Source of the DNA: Octopus vulgaris
Taxonomy: Eukaryota
Length of the DNA: 64,000 nucleotides
Reading direction: 5' to 3'
NCBI GenBank assembly: GCA_951406725.2
Contig: OX597821.1
Coordinates: 96,844,001-96,908,000 of the forward strand
Position numbers and translations under genes: made by a program. Below the pieces are notes generated by a model that saw nothing but the letters and a program-made list of their open reading frames with translations, had not been told where the DNA came from and made no database searches. This document shows, piece after piece, positions 55,921 through 64,000 of the stretch (position 1 is its first letter; each line of letters begins with the position of its first letter).

Positions 55921-56305
55921 GTGGAAGCACTCCGTCGGTTACGACGACGAGGGTTCCGGTTGATCCGATCAACGGAACAGCCTGCTCGTGAAATTAACGT
56001 GTAAGTGGCTGAGCACTCCACAGACACGTGCACCCTTAACGTAGTTCTCGGGGATATTCAGCGTGACACAGAGAGTGACAAGGCCGGCCCTTTGAAATAC
56101 AGGTACAACAGAAACAGGAAGTAAGAGTGAGAGAAAGTTGTGGTGAAAGAGTACAGCAGGGATCACCACCATCCCCTGCCGGAGCCGCGTGGAGCTTTAG
56201 GTGTTTTCGCTCAATAAACACTCACAACGCCCGGTCTGGGAATCGAAACCGCGATCCTATGACCGCGAGTCCGCTGCCCTAACCACTGGGCCATTGCTCC
56301 TCCAC
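55921..56305 (-). mobile_element. SINE family A, long form
   Basis: 9-bp TSD GCTAGATAA. Confidence 0.92.
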
Positions 56306-56419
56306 GCTAGATAATGATTCACAGCATCAATGAAGTTCTTTTAATTCACTTTTTCTTATATCAGAGAAGAGTAATGGAGCGGGCTAGGTAGATAAAAAAC
56401 AGCAACTATAATAATTATT

Positions 56420-58975
56420 CCATTTTTTGGTCAGCAATTTCGAGGAGGGTATAATCGATTGCATCGAACCTAGAGTTCAACGAGTACCTATTTTATTGAC
56501 CCCGAAAGAAGGAAAGGAAAATGAAACCGGGGCGGAATTAGAACTGAGAACATAGGGACTGACAAACTACTACAAACCATTTTGCCTGTAGTGCTAACGT
56601 TTCTTATTTCTTTACTGCCCACAAGGGGCTAAACACAGAGGGGACAAACAAAGACAGACAAACGGGTTAAGTCGATTATATCGATCCCAGTGCGTAACTG
56701 GTACTTATTTAATCGACCCCGAAAGGATGAAAGGCAAAGTCGACCTCGGCGGAATTTGAACTCAGAACGTAGCGGCAGACGAAATACCGCTAAGCATTTC
56801 GCCCGGCGTGCTAACGTTTCTGCCGGCTCACCGCCTTTAAATACCTATTTCTTTACTACTCACAAGGGGCTAAACACAGAGAGGACAAACAAGGACAGAC
56901 AAACGGAATAAGTCGATTACATCGACCCCAGTGCGTAACCGGTACTTAATTTATCGACCCCGAAAGGATGAAAGGCAAAGTTGACCTCGGCGGAATTTGA
57001 ACTCAGAACGTAGCGGCAGACGAAATACGGCTACGCATTTCGCCCGGCGTGCTAACGTTTCTGTCTGCTCGCCGCCGTAACAAAAGTTATGATAATAAGT
57101 ACTATTGATAATTAGAAAACTTTGAAAGGAGATAGGCTCAGTAGATTGAATCTATCCAGGCACGCAACTTCTACTTTATTTTATCGAGCAGTAAAAGATG
57201 AAAGGCAAAGTTGGCCGCGGCAGGAATTGAAGTCAGAATGTAAAGAGCCAATCTAATTCTCAGCCCTTAAAAAAATCAACACTAATTATAGTTTATGATT
57301 TAGGTACGAGGTCAGCAATTTTGCAGGGATGAGGTCAGTCGATTAAATTGAACCCAAATATTTGGTTGATGCATTATTTTATGAACTACGAATGAACGAA
57401 AAGCAAAGTTATTTCGGCGGAAGAATTATCGCCTATTCACCGCCATAAACAACAAATTCTTTCTCAGTTTTGGCACAAAGCCAGCAACATTTTCAGTGGA
57501 TGGACTACGCCAATTGCATAAACCACTACTGGACTGGTATGTTATATATCCCGAACGGATGAAAGGCAAAGTTGATCTCGGCGGGATTTGAACACTTGAC
57601 GTAAAGAGCCGAGAGAAATGTCTCTAAGCATTTTGTCCAATGCGCTAACAATTCTGTCAGCTCGTAGCCTTAGACAAAAGCATTCATAATAATGATAATT
57701 CTTTCAAATTTAAGGCAGGTGTTAAGCCGATTACATCAATATCAGTGTTCAACTGGTATTTATTTCATCAATCCCAAAAGGATGACCATCAAATTGAGCC
57801 TGTTTTAATTTGAAATCAGAGAGTAAAGAGCCAAAGGATATGTTGATAATAATTTTATTCAACTCATTAACAAAATTGGTAACTCGTTGCCTTAGACAAC
57901 AAAGTCAATAATTCGTTCCACTCTAGGCACAAGGCCAAAAATCTTGGTGGAGAGAGCTAGTCGAATATATCTACTTAAGTTTGCCCCGAAAAGATAAAGG
58001 CAGAATCGACCTCGGCGGAATTTGAACCCAGAAATTAAAGCCAGAAGAAATCTTGATTTCAAATTTTGGCAAAAGGTCAGCAATTTCCGGGGAGTGGGTA
58101 AGTTGATTACCTCGATCCCAGTAATCAACCGGTACTTATTTTATCTACCTTGAGAAAATGAAAGGCGAAGTCGATCTCGGCGGCATTTGAGCCTGGAACG
58201 CGAGGACGAACGAAATGCCGTTAAGCATTTTCCCCGGCTTGCCGCCTTAAAGTCGGAAGAAATATCACTAAGTATTTTTCCCGGCGGGTTAACGATACTG
58301 CGAGCTTGCTACCTTACATAATCCTTTCTAGAATAGGCTCAAGGCCTGAGGATTAAGAGAGGGGCTAATGGGTACTTACTTTATCGATCTCGAAAGGAGG
58401 ATAGACAAATTGGATCTCGGTGGAACTTCAACTCAAAAATTAAAGAAGGACGAATTTCCGCTAAGCATTTTGTTCGGCGCGCTAAAGATTCTGCCCGCTC
58501 ACCGCCTTTGCAAGCATTATATAGAAGTAACAATTATCTCTACTCTAGGCACAAGGCCTTGAAAATTATGGGGGAAGGTAGCTAGTCAATTACATCGACT
58601 CCAGCGCTTAACTGGTACTTATTTCATCGACCCCGAAAGGATGAAAGGCAAAGTCAACCTCGGCGGCATTTGAACTAAGAGCATAGCGGTAGACGAAATA
58701 CCTATTTCTTTACTACCCACAAGGGGCTAAACACAGAGGGGACAAACAAGGACAGACAAATGGATTAAGTCGATTAAATCGACCCCAGTGCGTAACTGGT
58801 TCTTAATTTATCGACCCCGAAAGGATGAAAGGCAAAGTCGACCTCGGCGGAATTTGAACTCAGAACGTAACGGCAGACGAAATACGGCTACGCATTTCAC
58901 CCGGTGTGCTAACGATTCTGCCAGCTCGCCGCATAGCGGTAGACGAAATACCGTTAAGAAATTCGCCCGGCTTAT
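56420..58975 (-). mobile_element. Head-to-tail cluster of about 10 or more family C SINE copies of mixed age
   Basis: Repeated cccgaaaggatgaaaggcaaagtcgacctcggcggaatttgaac core, all in one orientation. Confidence 0.85.
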
Positions 58976-59053
58976 TATATAGCAGTAATAATAATACTGA
59001 CAGCTTACAGATAATTGTTGTTTGTATAAAGATACGTAATTGTTTGTCCTTAC

Positions 59054-59182
59054 CTTTGGGTTTATTTTCAACTATTTTTATTCCAGAACGACATGCCCCT
59101 GTGACCGGATTACAAACCTCGGTAATATTCCGACAATTACATTGTTGGCTGCAGTCTTTACCAAACCAATATTCAGAGCACT
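59054..59182 (-). CDS. FTL-EGF-TM gene exon: MEGF10/SREC-type EGF-like repeat (absent from ORF track)
   Basis: ttttcaacag| ... aag|gtaagg, 129 nt, phase 1-1, CSEYWFGKDCSQQCNCRNITEVCNPVTGACRSGIKIVENKPK. Confidence 0.88.
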
Positions 59183-59218
59183 CTGTTGAAAACAGAGGAA
59201 GAAATATTCAATAAAGAC

Positions 59219-59286
<68 letters not shown>

Positions 59287-59436
59287 TAGGGAATAACCGT
59301 TATTAACATTTGTGTTTTACCTGTAGCAGAAAGGTTGAGATAATTGAATTGCTATGATGCCACCTCCCTTACTATGGACAATCTGCATTTTCTGTCCTGT
59401 TGTGGGCTATCCCTACTTCACGTTTTTATTGCTTCC

Positions 59437-59701
59437 AGCATCGGCTGTGAAGCGATGTTGGGGACAAACACAGACACACAAACACACACACACACACATA
59501 CACACACACACACACACACATACACGTATATACGGCAGGACAGGCTTCTTTCAGTTTCCGTCTACCAAATTCACTCACAAGGCCTTGGTCATGCCGAGGC
59601 CATAGTAGGAGACACTTGGCCAAGGTGCCACGTAGCGGGACTGAACCCAGAACCATGTGATTCGTAAGCAAGCTACTTACCACACAGCCACTCCTACGCC
59701 T
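59437..59701 (-). mobile_element. SINE family B, 5' part
   Basis: Reverse complement of the family B head and body. Confidence 0.8.
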
Positions 59702-60214
59702 GTTTAAATTCAAGGTCCGATCTCTTTGGAACTTGTCCACATATCACAATATTCCTGCTAGAGGTTTGCCCCACTCCCAGGCAATACTTAAATACTTCAT
59801 CGACTTCTTCCTCACATTATATATATATATATGCAATATAGATATAAGAGTTACTTCCCTTCGATATTTAGTTTCGTTATTTTCAATTTGACATGATTTG
59901 CTCCCCTTGAATTTTAGCGTGGTGATACGTTTAAAAAAAATTCTGTTTTTCTATATAATTTTGTTATATACAGTGGCTGAAGATGGTAATCTACTTTTGT
60001 GGGTTATCTGAAACTTAGAGTACCATTTTATGGCATCAATCTACCGTATATCCTGATATTGTACTAATTAATTAAACTATCCTCTATTTGATATATTAAG
60101 GTCTAATTCTTTTTGTGTATACTTCAATATAACAATATATATACACACGCACACAGACACGAATATATGTATGTATATATATGTTGGTAGTTAGGTATAT
60201 ATAAGTATATAAGT

Positions 60215-60605
60215 ATTGTGTGGTAAGTAGCTTGCTAACCAACCACATGGTTCCGGGTTCAGTCCCACTGCGTGGCATCTTGGGCAAGTGTCTTCTGCTA
60301 TAACCTCGGGCCGACCAATGCCTTGTGAGTGGATTTGGTAGACGGAAACTGAAAGAAGCCTGTCGTATATATGTATAAATATGTGTATATGTGTTTGTGT
60401 GTGTATGTTTGTCCCCCTAGCATTGCTTGACAACCGATGCTGGTGTGTTAACGTCCCCGTTACATAGCGGTTCGGCAAAAGAGACCGATAGAATAAGTAC
60501 TGGGCTTACAAAGAATAAGTGCCGGGGTCGATTTGCTCGACTAAAGGCGGTGCTCCAGCATGGCCGCAGTCAAATGACTGAAACAAATAAAAGAGTAAAA
60601 AAAGA
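60215..60605 (+). mobile_element. SINE family B
   Basis: Slightly 5'-truncated copy. Confidence 0.88.
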
Positions 60606-60638
60606 GTATATATGTGTATATATATATAAGTATATATG

Positions 60639-60670
<32 letters not shown>

Positions 60671-60886
60671 AGTATATAAATGTATATATACATATATATA
60701 TAAGTATATATATAAGTATATAAATGTATATATATATATATATAAGTATATATATGTATATATATATATATATATATAAGTATATAAATGTATATATATA
60801 TATATAATATATTATATATATATATATAAGTATATAAATGTATATATATATATAAGTATATAAATGTATATATATATATAAGTATA

Positions 60887-60969
<83 letters not shown>

Positions 60970-61024
60970 AATAGTGGAACAATTACAGTATTATTATTAA
61001 TAGGCGCTCAGGAAATATGGAAGC

Positions 61025-61085
<61 letters not shown>

Positions 61086-61298
61086 ATAAAAAATTTTTTT
61101 CGAAAGAAAAATTTTATCAATGGCCAGCATATTAAAAATACCTTTAAAGGTTAAATTTATAAACAAGGGCAGAAGAAAAAGTTTCTAATGCCAAATATGC
61201 TGAAACTAGACACATTGTCCATAGCCATATAATTTATCACAATAAGCACGTTACCCGAAAGAAGCCGACAGAAATTTCTAAAAAATTCCTTTATTATC

Positions 61299-61355
61299 AT
61301 ATCGGACCCGATTTCAGAGTTAGTTCATAAGAACCTTCCCTTCGTCAGTGATAAA
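61299..61355 (-). ncRNA. Hammerhead-like motif, family C
   Basis: Minus strand tatca-CTGACGA-agggaag-gttc(ttat)gaac-taactct-GAAA-tcgg-GTC-cgata. Degenerate paralogue at 23766-23819 (core CCGACGA, triplet GAC). Confidence 0.55.
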
Positions 61356-62161
61356 TGCGGCAAAGAAATAAATGAAATACTTACTTATATACCCATGGAA
61401 GAAGCAAACACTAAGTCATGAGCACAACTAAGTACCCCAAATATATCCAAAATAGAAATTCTCCAGCCCATTCGAGATACGTGCGATTCGAACTGAAACT
61501 CTCACAGAGTGAGATAGTCTTGAAGTGAACACTATTAAATTTACATCTAATATAGGATAAAATTTTTTATTCTTTTTTTCGAAAAATAAAATTATCAATG
61601 GCCAGCATATTAAAAAATACCTTTAAAGGTTAAATTTATAAACAACTTATAAATAAGGGCAGAAGAAAAAAATTCCTAATGCCAAATATGCTGAAACTAG
61701 ACACATTGTCCATTTTTTAAAAAATTCTGTCGGCTTTCTTCGAGTAACGTGCTTATTGTGATAAATTATATGGTTATGGACAATTATTTAATCAACCCCG
61801 AAAGGATGAAAGGCAAAGTCGACCTCGGCGGAATTTGAACTCAGAACGTAACGGCAGACGAAATACCTATTTCTTTACTGCCCACAAGGGGCTAAACACA
61901 GAGAGGACAAACAAGGACAGACAAACGGAATAAGTCGATTACATCGACCTCAGTGCGTAACTGGTACTTAATTGATTGACCCCGAAAGGATGAAAGGCAA
62001 AGTCGACCTCGGCGGAATTTGAACTAAGAACGTAACGGTAGACGACATACGGCTACGCATTTCGCCCGGCGTGCTAACGTTTCTGCCAGCTCGCCGCCGT
62101 AACAATATATATATTTAAAATCAAAACGAAACAGTTCACAAACAAATATCGAAATACTTAC

Positions 62162-62359
62162 TGTAAATTTTAAATTCACAAATTGTAAGAGGTTCCAAAT
62201 GATACAGGCGTACCCTGACAACTGAAGCAACGACGGGCTTCGTGCAGTGGAAAATATGTGTACTGAACTTAGTGTCGTTATGGGAATAACACTCTACATT
62301 ATCATCAATATCCGAAGTGTTTGCTACCGTTACGTAGAATTTCTGAAGTCGATAGGAAT
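62162..62359 (-). CDS. FTL-EGF-TM gene exon: C-terminal half of F-type lectin domain (absent from ORF track)
   Basis: Minus strand cctttag| ... |gtaagt, 198 nt, phase 1-1, open frame SYRLQKFYVTVANTSDIDDNVECYSHNDTKFSTHIFHCTKPVVASVVRVRLYHLEPLTICEFKIY. The upstream half-domain exon probably lies beyond the window end. Confidence 0.85.
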
Positions 62360-62499
62360 CTAAAGGATAGATGAAAATATAAAAGTATTATGCATACATG
62401 TATATTTCAGACGCACGCACACACACACATTCGCACACACACATGCATTCGCATGTGTACAAAGAGACATTGACGCACAACATACTCACCACACGCACG

Positions 62500-62535
<36 letters not shown>

Positions 62536-63275
62536 AAAATATTTGGAGTCAACAAGGAGTACGGTTGGACATATATTTCTTAATTACTACAATTGTTTCC
62601 ACGCAACGTAGTTCTCTAGCCGTGGACGTACTTGATGATGCAACTGTTTCCCTGCATTATGAGGTCTAGTTGTGTTTCCTCAGGCGATATATAAATATTG
62701 TCCCCGTAAGTTCACATTCTCTACTTCAAGAAAATCGTCTCTGTCTTTCGTGGCCTGAATTTAGTAGTTTATCACGGTGTAATGTTGCTGAAGGACCGTT
62801 GCCATACTGCTTTGAATGAGTAGATGTAGTGGGATGGCGATTCTGCTACTGTTAAAGTGGTTACTGTTTTAAAGGGATTGGCATTTCATTTCTTAGTACT
62901 GTTGGTTTGTTCTGCATGGCTGGTTACACATGCGATTGTTCTTAGCCGACCTTTACGAATCGGCCTATACGCACATACATGTGGATGCATATGCGAACGA
63001 CCACGTATATGAGCAAAGGCGTAAACTTACTTGACTGACAACGCGTAACAGAGCGAAAAATATATGTGCCCCTTGTTCAAGAAGCATTTAATTTTTTTTC
63101 AGTAACGAATAAATTTACAAGAGAATTTCGTTTGGATTTCTTGAAATTCTCGCCAACCTTTGGATCTCCTAACGATTATTCACAAATATTTTGTTTTATA
63201 TTTGTTTTCTAAACAGCATGAGAGTTCAAAAAAATTAAGGATTTGTGCCCGGTATTCAGCACATCCTTTAATTAA

Positions 63276-63306
<31 letters not shown>

Positions 63307-63422
63307 AGTATATAGTTTATTGAAATTCGAGTTGCGAGAAAAATATTGAAGTTACATAAACTATTTGTTCCACAATATGTATTGAGCGCTACATTATCAC
63401 ATTCACTCACCAACACTGAATG

Positions 63423-63459
<37 letters not shown>

Positions 63460-64000
63460 CTTACTTGGAAGTGGATGCGTGGCGTTCAATCATATAATAA
63501 CAAATTAATAAGTAAAACATATGCATACATACATATATGTACATACCTACATTTATATGTATATATACATGCATATATGGGTACAGGACACCAAATAAAC
63601 GTAGAGCACAACGAGAAACGAAAACATAAAAAAAAAAACATGGAATCGGATTTCTTCAAACAACGAAAAAACAAGGTTGAAAAGGAGCACACGAGTTGAT
63701 ATGTACAAGGAAAATAAGACAAGGTAGAAAATGTTAAAATAATTGTATCATGAAGAAAATTTTAGTAAAATGTTGTTCATGATAACATTATTTTAGAATT
63801 TTCTACCTTGTCTTATTTTCCTTGTATATACGTAAATATCGTGGTCTGAGAATGGCCGGTATGTGACTATGTATTTATGTATTTGTGTATTTGTGTGTTT
63901 GTTCATGTTTTATATGTGTTGTATAGGACATCCTGACGAGGGGAGTGCCAATTTTAAGTACTATTTTAAGTACTGATATATCTAGTATTGATTGGCACAT

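Noticed and set aside
63031-63087. Minus-strand MLLEQGAHIFFALLRVVSQ|gtaagt as a first exon of the receptor gene
   Set aside because: Phase 0 is incompatible with the phase-1 acceptor at 62359, and the N-terminal FTL half would be missing.

Overview
Eukaryotic, AT-rich, microsatellite-saturated genomic DNA. The three tRNA-derived SINE families and the 5S sequence point to an octopus/coleoid cephalopod (inference). Almost all listed ORFs are microsatellite or repeat artefacts. Two convergent, spliced F-type-lectin (FTL/fucolectin)-domain genes can be reconstructed by hand, both 5'-incomplete: a + strand FTL + PAN/apple gene (exons 18760-18963, 20824-21048, 30364-30590) and a - strand FTL + EGF + transmembrane gene (exons 62359-62162, 59182-59054, 55158-54983). 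The rest is transposon-derived: two TIR/TSD-bounded Chapaev3 elements, Tc1, mariner, Helitron and piggyBac-type MITEs, Penelope-like (GIY-YIG) elements, CR1/RTE/Tx1/R4 LINE fragments and about 35 SINEs. The most unusual signals are (i) many minimal type I hammerhead-ribozyme motifs, several with a recurrent CCGANGA (U4C) core, in short TA-microsatellite-embedded, tandem and inverted retrozyme-like modules around the last exon of the FTL-PAN gene; (ii) a full-length 5S rRNA copy fused without a terminator to a SINE; and (iii) many long fold-back palindromes. All calls were made by eye; no alignment, folding or database search was run.
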